DNA of 64,000 bases, taken from Eledone cirrhosa (lineage: Eukaryota). The stretch is taken from positions 114,638,001-114,702,000 of the forward strand of contig OZ024745.1 in the NCBI GenBank assembly GCA_964016885.1, in the 5' to 3' direction. The notes under the pieces are model-generated. The model did no database searches, was not told the DNA's origin, and was given only the letters and a program-made list of their open reading frames with translations. Below, piece after piece: positions 39,131 through 49,854 of the stretch; positions within the stretch are counted from its first letter, which is position 1; the number at the start of each line of letters is the position of its first letter. The position numbers and the translations under genes were made by a program.

Positions 39131-39345
39131 TGAAGGCGTGTGGCTGAGTGGTTAGAGAATTGGATTCGCAATCGTGAGATATTGAGTTCGATTCCCGGAC
39201 CGAGCGATGCGTTATGTCCTTGGGCAAGACACTTTATTTCACGTTGCTCCTTCTACCTGGAGTTGCGACCAATAGATAGTATTAGCAACTGGAAAGACCA
39301 ATGGAAACATTGTTTCCTCGGTCCGATTTGACGAAAGTCGATCGT
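39131..39345 (+). mobile_element. SINE family 2 (tail variant shared with 47060)
   Basis: gaaggcgtgtggctgagtggttagag, gagttcgattcccgg, tgtccttgggcaagacactt. Confidence 0.9.
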
Positions 39346-39719
39346 TCCTGATACCATATACATACATACATATATATATCAGGGGCGAAGGGTTCGTGCA
39401 TGCAACGCATGCAGTGCATGCGTTATAGAATCTTGAAGCAAGCAGAATTTTGGCTGCTTACTAAATTGTAGACACATAAAAAGATAACACACACACACAC
39501 ACACAGTAGATAACACTACATGCGGGTTTGACCGGGAGGGTCATTTAGAGTGAATTGGGGGGGGGGGGGTAAGGCTGCACAGCCCCTCTTTCCGTCATGG
39601 CGATTGGACTGCATGTCCTGCTTTCCAGGTTACCCTTCGCCACTGATATACGTGGTTTTGTCTTTGCGTGTAATGACGTATTATGTTCGTTTTTTCCCGT
39701 TCTTTGCCAGGGAACATTT

Positions 39720-39965
39720 CCACGAACCAAAGTATCGTCTTCCTGTCTTCCTCCGGTTGCAACGTTTTTTGAAATATTCACTTCTGCGTTCACATATTGA
39801 CTTTATTAGTTTCAGAAGATCCAGTTAAGGGTGAAAACGTTGCTTAAACTTTAATCTGTTATTTTAATAAATATTTGTTCTACGGTTCTTATATATCTGA
39901 TATATATTTATCCTTATCGAGCCCTCTTTGGATTTTAGTCTTCAAATTTATTATTATTACTATAT
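39720..39965 (+). mobile_element. Second copy of the 3.0-kb element (CAGAAGA hammerhead-like core at 39808-39850)
   Basis: Aligns with 3025-3275. Confidence 0.7.
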
Positions 39966-39995
39966 ATATTTATTACTATATATATATATTATTAT

Positions 39996-40067
<72 letters not shown>

Positions 40068-40136
40068 AAAAAGAGATGAAATCGAAAATGCAACTGGAGT
40101 CTTATTTTTTTTAAAAATATATATATTTATTTGGTT

Positions 40137-40174
40137 CCTTTACCGGTTTCGCAGTTCTTCTGCTTTTCAAAAGG
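40137..40174 (-). ncRNA. Minimal hammerhead motif with compensatory U3-A8 core
   Basis: cctt-TTGAAAA-gcag-aagaa-ctgc-GAAAC-CG-GTA-aagg, followed by AATAAA and (TA)n. Confidence 0.75.
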
Positions 40175-40316
40175 TGAGTTGAGATGGAGGGTCTGTTGTT
40201 TTTCTCACATATATATAGTAATAATAATAAATTATTATAAACGAACATAATACGTCATTACACGCAAAGACAAAACCACGTTTATGGTATAAAAGAAGTC
40301 GTAGACTAATATTCTA

Positions 40317-40815
40317 TTAGGACGCGACTTTTTCGCGTCCGTGCCAAGTGATATTGGTTGCCATCAAGTATTTTCGGAACGTTCGTCGCCAGGTAGTCCT
40401 GGGACAACCCCGTCTCCGTTTGCCGCCAGGTGGAGTCCAGTTCATCGCTGTTTTCGAGTGTCGTTGGTCGGGCAGGTGCAGAATATGGCCAATCAGGCGG
40501 CACCGGCGCTTCGTGACCGTCCTCTGTAGCTCCACGACTCGGCTTTCCGCAGGACACACGAAGGATCATTCACAGGCACCGCTGGTGGAAAGTGTTCAGC
40601 CGTCTTTATCTTTGCCGTGCTCTTCAAGGTTTCGCTCGCGTAAAGCACTGTCGGCAGCATCTTGTACAGGCGCGGCTTGGTCCTGGTGCTGATGCATGAA
40701 GATACGACAGTTGATGTCGAGCTCTGCGTCTCCATTGCTTGCCAAGATGCTACCCAGATAGGTGAAGTGATCGACTTCTTCCAGGTCTTGTTGGTTGACT
40801 CTGATCGCTGGACCT
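40317..40815 (-). mobile_element. RTE-like LINE 3' fragment, frameshifted
   Basis: LEEVDHFTYLGSIL, LPTVLYASET, IGHILHLPDQRHSK...GKRRRGCPRTTWRRT. Confidence 0.85.
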
Positions 40816-41149
40816 GTATACATACATATACATGGTGGCTGCCAACTCGTTTTCGAGTACGGCCACTACTTTATATCCATGTAGGAGAACCCCCACCGAT
40901 GCGCTGAATGAGTGTGACTTTTTAGTCCAGCCAGCGACTTGAAAACTCTCGTACAAACACTACACTTGTGACAATTATTGACACATAGTGCTGGGCCCAT
41001 GGTACCATGTGACGACAAGTGCAGAGAGATCTCCAGATATAAAGCAATGCCTGTGCCGTGAAGCTTTTATAGTGAGCAAAGGCACTGCACAAAGCCAGTC
41101 CCACTCTCTTAACCAAGATGATATTTACCTAAAAGAAGAACAAGTCAAC

Positions 41150-41440
41150 ATCATTGGATACCATCAGGGTTGCAGGTGTTATATCAGAGTTTTCCTTCTC
41201 CTAGAATTCTGCCTTGACAAAGGCTAAGGGGTCATCTCTCCCGGTGATTTTGGTTGGCCATTGACTCTTAAGAGCTCCTTTGCCCTTTGACAGGTTTTGT
41301 TTTTAGTCTTGCAGGATGTCTAAAGTCACCCTCCTCACCAAGAAAACTTGGTGGGGTTGCCAGTTTAGTCGCCAACGACCCGACCATGAGACAGGTTGTA
41401 CTGGGATACATGTCACCAGTAGCACCAACTGGTGACCTGA
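41150..41440 (-). mobile_element. Probable RTE 5' UTR segment, possibly belonging to the 40.3-40.8-kb element
   Basis: ctaggagaaggaaaactctga resembles RTE 5' UTRs (recalled, not searched). Same strand and upstream of the RT fragment. Confidence 0.4.
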
Positions 41441-41478
41441 CATACATACATACATACATACATACATACATACATACA

Positions 41479-41510
<32 letters not shown>

Positions 41511-41570
41511 CATACATATACATACATACACACACACATATATATATTTTTTTTGGTCGTTTTGGAAGCA

Positions 41571-42083
41571 TCAACAATGCAGACGGGTAAATCTCCGGGT
41601 AACAGAATCCGGTAGTGAAGAGAGAGATGTAAGGGAATGTAGAATGAGATGTATAGTGTGTAGAGGAACGTAGGAAAGAGCGTAAAAAATAAAAATAACA
41701 ACACGAGATAACAACACTTGGGAGAGATTTAATTGTCCCTATATTTCGGATTCGCATCCATCAACTGGGGTGTTTTCCAGGGGGGTTATCTGTCAGATAG
41801 GAACGGTGTTACACACAAACAGCGGACAACAGAGGCCACGTACCGTTCCTCTCCGACAGATAACTTTCCCCCCGGAAAACCCCCCCAGTTGATGGATGCG
41901 AATCCGAAATATCGGGACAATTAAATCTCTCCCAAGGTAACTCTATCTCGTATTGTTATTTTTATTTTTTACGCTCTTTCCTACGTTCCTCTACACACTA
42001 TACATCTCATTCTACATTCCCTTACATCTCTCTCTTCACCACCGGATTCTGTTACCCGGAGATTTACTCATCTGCATTGTTGA
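41571..42083. repeat. ~510-bp palindrome (arms ~235 bp, ~32-bp spacer)
   Basis: tcaacaatgcagacgggtaaatc...aggaacggt is inverted as accgttcct...gatttactcatctgcattgttga. Confidence 0.92.
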
Positions 42084-42151
42084 GGCGACCCCCCCCCCCA
42101 AAAAAAAAAATGTTATTATTCTACAATGCTTCAAGCAAACTTCAATACTCT

Positions 42152-42218
<67 letters not shown>

Positions 42219-42248
42219 AGATCAAAAGATGGTTAAAGGAGTTCCATG

Positions 42249-42316
42249 TATTTTATTATGCGCATTTCAAAAACAAACATCATGCAATAATATTTGTGTT
42301 TTCATCAGATAAAACA
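42249..42316 (-). ncRNA. Type I hammerhead motif (inverted copy)
   Basis: Reverse complement of 42426-42496, with a 3-nt deletion in stem II. Confidence 0.8.
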
Positions 42317-42425
42317 GGAGAACATGATATGAAGGCTAAAAAACACTTGTGGATAGTGCAGTTTTAAATCAACATATCAACTGAACTATCCACAAGTGTT
42401 TTTTAGCCTTCATATCATGTTCTCC

Positions 42426-42496
42426 TGTTTTATCTGATGAAAACACAAATATTATTGCATGATGATGTTTGTTTTTGAAATGCGCATAATAAAATA
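42426..42496 (+). ncRNA. Type I hammerhead ribozyme motif
   Basis: tgttttat-CTGATGA-stem II-GAAA-T-GCGC-ATA-ataaaata. Confidence 0.85.
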
Positions 42497-42617
42497 CATG
42501 GTACTCCTTTAACCATCTTTTGATCTTATATTATGTATACTCCAGTCCTACAAACTGTAGAGTGCTTCTTATCCGATATCTGCATTGCTTTATTGTACTA
42601 CAATAAAACTCACCTCC

Positions 42618-42657
<40 letters not shown>

Positions 42658-42941
42658 CTTTTGTTAACCTGTTTAGCTTGCTTCGTTTTTTTGTCTCCGG
42701 TGGCTGATAGCTTCACGACCGCCGTTTTCATTTTGTCTGGCCTCTATAACGTATGTTAATTGCTCTGGTCTTCCTTTGGTCCATTGAGCGCTTGCCGCAT
42801 ATCTCGAAAATTGCGTTTCGCTTTGTTTTTGACCACAGCCGAAATACGATCTCGCTGAAATTATATTTGCATATATATATATATATTCTAGTCCTGTAGA
42901 AGCCATTCTATATTAAATAATTAATTAAATAAGTGTGTGTG

Positions 42942-43053
<112 letters not shown>

Positions 43054-43061
43054 CGCGTGTG

Positions 43062-43300
43062 TGAAGGCGCGTGGCTTAGTAGTTAGAGAGTTGGATTCAC
43101 AATCGTGAGATTGTGAGTTCGATTCTCGGACCGGGTGACACATTGTGTCTTTGAGCAAGACACTATATTTCACGTTGCTCCAGTTCACTCCATTGTAGAA
43201 ATGAATTGCGACGTCTCTGGTTGCATGGAGAAAGGTGTTCCACAAAAACGCCTTGCTTGGGCTTGTGCCTGGGAGAGGAATTATGCCTGTATATGTAAAG
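43062..43300 (+). mobile_element. SINE family 2
   Basis: gaaggcgcgtggcttagtagttagag, B box and core. Confidence 0.88.
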
Positions 43301-43327
43301 CATATGTATTTAGAAGACGGCAAGAGG

Positions 43328-43495
43328 AATTGAATTAGAATTAGAGATTTCGCCGTATTTTTTACTAAATAAAATGATGTAATAACGGGGTCTAAAAGCC
43401 TTCTGAACGAGAAAGGATGAACTTTACAATTCGTCATGTGATTATTTTATTTAGTAAAAAAAAAACCTACGAAATCGTCTAATTCTAATTCAATT
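43328..43495. repeat. Imperfect inverted repeat (~50-bp arms)
   Basis: aattgaattagaattaga...tttactaaataaaat / attttatttagtaaa...tctaattctaattcaatt. Confidence 0.8.
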
Positions 43496-44199
43496 ATATA
43501 GTAAATGTTTAATAAAATAGCCGTCTGGGATTCGGTACGACTTTTTTTGCTCGTTTTTTTTTTACGTGTATTTTCAAAGGATCTGACCTCCAAACCCATC
43601 AGATATCGGCGGAGGCGAATATTCTTTGAAAGGCATTAACAAATTTTTAATTTTCTTATTTGACACGAAGCCATACTGATACTCGTGCAATTAAAAATGA
43701 AAGTGATTTCAAATTGAATAAACGAGCCAATGACACCTGTCTGGCGTAGGGTTAGAGTTAGTTAGGATTACGGTTAAGAAAACAACGAATACTACCCTCC
43801 CCCCATGTATCTAAAAAACGAATAATTTCAAATAGTTGGATTCGTAGAAAATACACGAAAAAAAAAAAAAATAGCTAGGAAAATTACAAATTGTTTATAG
43901 TCCTTTCGGAATGAAAATATAAACACAGATATAAACACATATAATAAATACAATTAATTATTGCACAAATATAATGCACAAAAAGATCACAGTGAGAGAA
44001 AAAGAAAAGGAAAGAAAAAAAACGAGAAAAAGAAACATTAATTCACCACCTTGTGCGACAATCGGCCGCACCCCACAAGGGTCAACGGAAAATATTGAGG
44101 CAAGCCAACACGATCGCAGTATTACCGCAGATGATGGTGAGGCTAAGGCGCTGAAACAACCAGGCACCATCGCGGGCATCACTTGACACCTCTGGAAGG

Positions 44200-45480
44200 C
44201 GAGCCGCCAACGATGACAAGAATTTCGTTGTTTAGGGCACCTAAACTATGGCAATCGGGAGTGATAATCCCAATTTTCAAAATAGGAGACAAGAGAGATT
44301 GCTACAATTAGTGAACGATCTCCTTGTTAAACCTCTCAGCTAAAGTCTAGGCTAAGTGTCTGACAAAGAGATGTAGGGATATTGTCGAGTCCAAGATAGC
44401 TGACGAACAGTGTGGTTTTCGCCCCGGATGCAGCACAGCCGACCTAATATTCACACTGCGGCAGGTCTTTGAGAAATTGTGGGAGTACTGCTAAAAGATG
44501 TATTCTTGTTTCGTAGGCCTCGGGATCTGTTATGGAAGGTTCTGCAGATGTATGGAATCAATGGACAACTTCTTGTTGACCTGATATCTCTATACGAATG
44601 CCCTGGTATTTGCATTCGGATAAAGTCGAAACCATTCAATGTGGGAGTCGGTCTCCTCCGAGGGTGCATACTGTCATCTCTCCTGTTCATAATCTTCTCG
44701 AACAGGATTTACATGCGCAGCCGAGTTAGAATTGATACCACGACTAGCGGGTGTAGGATCAGTCGGTTGGAATTTACAGACGACATAGAATTACTCCGAC
44801 ATGCATTTGATAGATTTCATGTCGAGTGCTGCTGCATGGCAAGAATGAAAATCAGTGCTGCGAAGGAAGCCTCCGCAATACACTCTACATATGAGAGGAG
44901 TTCCACTAAAGTAAATGCAGAAGTTCAAGTAACTCGGGACTACGTTCACGAGTAATGGAAGGCAGGAGGCTAAATTAAGTGCAAGAATTGCAGGAGCTGG
45001 TACTGTAATGCGCCAGCTTCAACATTCGGTCATCAAAAGAAGGGGGGTAGGCGTAACAGCCAAACTCACTAACTCCAACTCGGTATTCGTGCCAACCCTT
45101 ACATATGATCATGGATCTTGGGTAATGACTGAAAGGATACGACCGTGACTACAAAAGAACGAAATGGGGTTCCTCCGAAGGGTCTTTAGAGTAATGTCAC
45201 ATGATAGAGTGCGTAGCTCGGAGATCAGAGTGTCGCTCAGTAGAGCCGCTACCTCTCCAAATTGAGAGATGATAGCTCCGATATTATGGTAATGCAGTAA
45301 GAATGTCTCAAGTGAGAATCGCTGGACAGATTTTATCGGAAAAACCAACCGGCAGGAGACCCAGAGACAGACCTAAGTAAGATTGTTGGATAGCATCCAT
45401 GAGCTCGCTGGTCTTGCTTGGGGATCCACGCGGATCAATTGGAGACAGTTGCTTCTGACAAAGGGAGTAAAGAAGAAGAG
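44200..45480 (+). mobile_element. Degraded RTE-like LINE (RT to 3' end)
   Basis: EQCGFRPGCSTADLIFTLRQVFEK, GVGLLRGCILSSLLF, FTDD, with multiple frameshifts and a GAA tail. Confidence 0.88.
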
Positions 45481-46169
45481 AAGTGTAAACACTTTCCACT
45501 ATTCTCTTTTTACACAAACAAATATAAAGAATTATTTGTACGCATTGTTGTTTGGTGGGTGTGGTGATGCTAAATTTGTAATCGGTGGGAAGGATTACAA
45601 TCCAAGTGACCAATGAGAAGATTATTAGAGTTGTAAGTAGAGGGAGTTTACAAAGAGGGAGGACTAAGGCTGGTAAAGAAACCTACTTAATTCATATATT
45701 GTGGATAGGGGAATAGGGGAAGTAAAAAAAGGAAGAGAAAAGAGAAGGGAGAAAATAGATAAAGAAATAAGGCCGGAGTGACCAGAAATGATAAAATATC
45801 GTTGAAAAGCTATAAATTAACTTGGGGACAAAGTATTAGGTTTTATCTCAACAGGAATCAACAACAGAGAGACAAGCGGGCGTCGTGACGAGTAATGGTG
45901 GCGAGAAGGAGGGTGGTATAACTGGTAAGTATTTCAAGTAGATTGGATACAGAGACACAGGATCCAATCCTATGCTAATCAGAGTGATATTTAGCGAAAG
46001 TTTTTAATGCCTTATGTTGGCATTTAAAGATTATATATATATTTATATAAAATCTTGTCTGAGGTGAAACTCTAAGAATATTTAAACACTACTTCGTTAC
46101 TGAGTACTCAGTCTCATGTCCTTCAAATACATACGTATATGTGTTTGTGTGTGTGCGCGCGCGCTGAGT

Positions 46170-46213
46170 GAATATGTTTCGCTGAGGAGATCTAATGAGA
46201 TCGAAACATATTC
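46170..46213 (+). ncRNA. Hammerhead-core remnant inside a short fold-back
   Basis: CTGAGGA-gatct-aatg-agatc-GAAAC, bracketed by the IR gaatatgtttcg / cgaaacatattc. Confidence 0.5.
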
Positions 46214-46464
46214 GTTGATTTCATTAATTCGATGTGTGGGCAATATCTATTCCCACTGCATTGTCTTGTATTGTTCTAAGCTGTAAGAGACCTCACTTTC
46301 GCTTGCTTCTTACCACCTAATTAACCCCTAAAAGAAGTTTTGGTCTTGAAATCGCGAGAATAGTCTTGGTTGATTGGAGTATCTCCTACTCGTCACAGAC
46401 AACGATACATCATTTGTCTTTATATATTTCATGGAGAGCATGGAGAGCATGAGGCATTTTCCCA

Positions 46465-46575
46465 GTATTGGTGGAGGTATAAGAGCGTCGAATTAAAGAT
46501 ACTTCGGTATTTGTTACAGCTCACTGCGTTCTGAGTTCAAATCCCACCGAGGTCAACTTTGCCCTTCATCCTTTT
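46465..46575 (+). mobile_element. SINE family 1, partial
   Basis: ctgagttcaaatcccaccgaggtcaactttgcccttcatcc. Confidence 0.75.
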
Positions 46576-47003
46576 TACTAGTGGGGTTAATCTTTCGTCT
46601 TTCCTTCTCTTTCTTGCTACTCCCCCCCCCCCATCTCTCCCCTCTCTCTCTCTCTCTCCGTAATAAATCGGGTGTGTTCAGACATGAAGATAGATGGGCT
46701 TCACCTTGTGAACATGTCCAAGACATACCTTGTATCAAAACGGTGCTCCTACAAGTCCGTCAGGAGTTAAGGGCCTCTTTCCTTCCCAATAGAAAGTTTA
46801 GGTTTGTTGTAATTAGTTGTTGGGTAAGGTTTTGTAAGGAAATAAATATATTTTATCATATCTCTGATACTGTGTGGACTCAGATACACGTTGAAAAGTC
46901 TCTGCTACGAAATATTCTGGTGTGTCTTTTTAAAATTTTATTTAAGTGAGCAATTGTATTTTGTGTGGTGCTTTTTGGGGGGGGGGGGGGGGGGCTAGTT
47001 TAG

Positions 47004-47059
<56 letters not shown>

Positions 47060-47062
<3 letters not shown>

Positions 47063-47300
47063 GGCGTGTGTCTGAGTGGTTATAGAATTGGATTCGCAAT
47101 CGTGAGGTTGTGAGTTCGATTCCCGGACCGGGCAATGCGTTATGTCCTTGAGTAAGACACATTATTCCACGTTGCTCCTTCTGCCTGGATTTGCAACCGG
47201 TATATAGTATTAGCAATTCTAAAGACCAATGGAAACATTGTTTCCTCGACCTGATTTGACTAGCTCCACCCAACTTAATCGAATGAGGTCAGGGAGCTTG
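47060..47300 (+). mobile_element. SINE family 2
   Basis: Close match to 39131-39345. Confidence 0.9.
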
Positions 47301-47555
47301 TCGATCGACTGTAATATATATATATATATATAAAGTATATTGAAACTTAAGCTAAAATCCTTGGGTGGCGCGGGGGATATAAGCTAGACTGACTAAAATA
47401 AATCGGTTTATTATAGATATATAGTAAAGTTCTATGAAATTTGCATTTAGAAAATGTCTTGATTTGGGCCAGGTGATAAGTATCGACCACTCTTCAATCT
47501 ACTCTGTGAGAAATATCGACTCTTAAAACACGATATTATTTTTTGGTGGATTTAG

Positions 47556-48895
47556 GGCGGTGGATTGGCAGTATCGGTAGAGGGTTTGACGCCATGCTTT
47601 CCAGCATAGTTACGTCCCTTTACGATCTGAGTTCAAATCCCGCCGAGGTTGACTTTGCCTTTCATCCTTACGGGGTCGATAAAATAAAGTACCAGTAATG
47701 CACTGGGTAATTGCTGGCCTTGTGCCTAAAGTAGAAACAATTATTTTTTGGTGGATTGGCAGTATCGGTAGAGGGTTGGACGCCATGCTTTCCAGCATAG
47801 TTACGTCCCTTTACGATCTGAGTTCAAATCCCGCCGAGGTTGACTTTGCCTTTCATCCTTACGGGGTCGATAAAATAAAGTACCAGTAATGCACTGGGTA
47901 ATTGCTGGCCTTGTGCCTAAAGTAGAAACAATTATTTTTTGGTGGATTGGCAGTATCGGTAGAGGGTTGGACGCCATGCTTTCCAGCATAGTTACGTCCC
48001 TTTACGATCTGAGTTCAAATCCCGCCGAGGTTGACTTTGCCTTTCATCCTTACGGGGTCGATAAAATAAAGTACCAGTAATGCACTGGGTAATTGCTGGC
48101 CTTGTGCCTAAAGTAGAAACAATTATTTTTTGGTGGATTGGCAGTATCGGTAGAGGGTTGGACGCCATGCTTTCCAGCATAGTTACGTCCCTTTACGATC
48201 TGAGTTCAAATCCCGCCGAGGTTGACTTTGCCTTTCATCCTTACGGGGTCGATAAAATAAAGTACCAGTAATGCACTGGGTAATTGCTGGCCTTGTGCCT
48301 AAAGTAGAAACAATTATTTTTTGGTGGATTGGCAGTATCGGTAGAGGGTTGGACGCCATGCTTTCCAGCATAGTTACGTCCCTTTACGATCTGAGTTCAA
48401 ATCCCGCCGAGGTTGACTTTGCCTTTCATCCTTACGGGGTCGATAAAATAAAGTACCAGTAATGCACTGGGTATTTGCTGGCCTTGTGCCTAAAGTAGAA
48501 ACAATTATTTTTTGGTGGATTGGCAGTATCGGTAGAGGGTTGGACGCCATGCTTTCCAGCATAGTTACGTCCCTTTACGATCTGAGTTCAAATCCCGCCG
48601 AGGTTGACTTTGCCTTTCATCCTTACGGGGTCGATAAAATAAAGTACCAGTAATGCACTGGGTAATTGCTGGCCTTGTGCCTAAAGTAGAAACAATTATT
48701 TTTTGGTGGATTGGCAGTATCGGTAGAGGGTTGGACGCCATGCTTTCCAACATAGTTACGTCCCTTTACGATGTGAGTTCAAATCCCGCCGAGGTTGACT
48801 TTGCCTTTCATCCTTACGGGGTCGATAGAATAAAGTACCAGGAATGCACTGGGTAATTGCTGGCCTTGTGCCTAAAGTAGAAACAATTATTTTTT
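47556..48895 (+). repeat. Tandem array of 7 near-identical 191-bp SINE family 1 monomers
   Basis: Monomer starts at 47559, 47750, 47941, 48132, 48323, 48514 and 48705. Confidence 0.97.
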
Positions 48896-49204
48896 GTTGT
48901 CGTATGAAGTTTACACATACATCTAGAGACATATTACCTAACTGAAGTTCTTCCTCTGTTCTTCACCTATACATGCCCTCAATCGCCTTGACCAAACCTA
49001 TGAAACTCACAATATCTAGTCCCGACACGAAGCCGATGCAAAAACTATATAATGCCTTCAGAAAATGTTTGATGCAGAGACAAACTTAGTTCGTTCTGCA
49101 ATGATCGACCACTTTTTAGACTTCACATTATTCTTTATCGTTTCTTGATGAAACATATGCCTTCCGGTTTTGTTTAGGTGAATCATCAGCGATCCTTCTG
49201 TATG

Positions 49205-49490
49205 TGAAGGTGCGAGACTTAGTGGTTCTTCGGTTCTCGGTAGTAAGGTCATGATTTCGACTCCCGCTGGCACGTTGTGTCCTTAAGTAAGACACTTTAT
49301 TTCACCTTACGCCAGTCCACTCAACTGGCAAAAATGAGTTGTTCCTCTGATTCAAAAGGTCCAGTCTTGTCACACACACACTGTATCACATTGAATATTC
49401 CTGAGAACTACATTGAGGATACATGTGTCTGTGGGTTTCTCAGCCACATGCACGTTAATTTCGTGAACAGGTTGTTCTGTTGATCAAATA
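49205..49490 (+). mobile_element. SINE family 2, diverged
   Basis: gaaggtgcgagacttagtggtt; tgtgtccttaagtaagacactttatttcac. Confidence 0.8.
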
Positions 49491-49854
49491 ACAGGTAGAC
49501 GCGTAGTTAGAAACAATGGAGGTTCAAAACACACTTTCAGTATAGTCTCAATACTGGCTCTTTGCTAAAAAAAAACAATCTGCATCGTTGTCTCTCATTT
49601 CTTTTTCTTTCTGTTTTAGTAGTGGATGCAAAACATCTTAGCCATGCTTCAACAAGGTCAATATTAATGAGTTACCAATCCCGATCTAATCAGTGACGCC
49701 ATTGATGTGTTTTCGGGTCACACAGAGCTTCTCCAAATATTGTCGCGTTCAGATGTGATCCTTTATGTCCAGTAGACTCAATCAATTTACAGGTTCACGC
49801 TCCATGTGGAACACTTAAGCCGCCTTAAATGTACCTAATCACGAACACACAAAA

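Larger units (their letters stand above)
42211..42621. mobile_element. Asymmetric palindromic hammerhead element in (TA)n, same family as 6.8 kb
   Basis: Short arm 42211-42365 and long arm 42380-42621, ending AATAAAactcacctcctaca(TA)n. Confidence 0.88.

Noticed and set aside
43540-43885. Possible MITE with cgtgtattttc / gaaaatacacg ends and ggttag motifs; telomere-like signal
   Set aside because: IR is short and low in complexity, and the TTAGGG-like motifs are too few to call an interstitial telomere.
47610-48856. Repeated 62-63-aa ORFs, or a CRISPR-like array
   Set aside because: Chance frames in identical SINE monomers, with no unique spacers.
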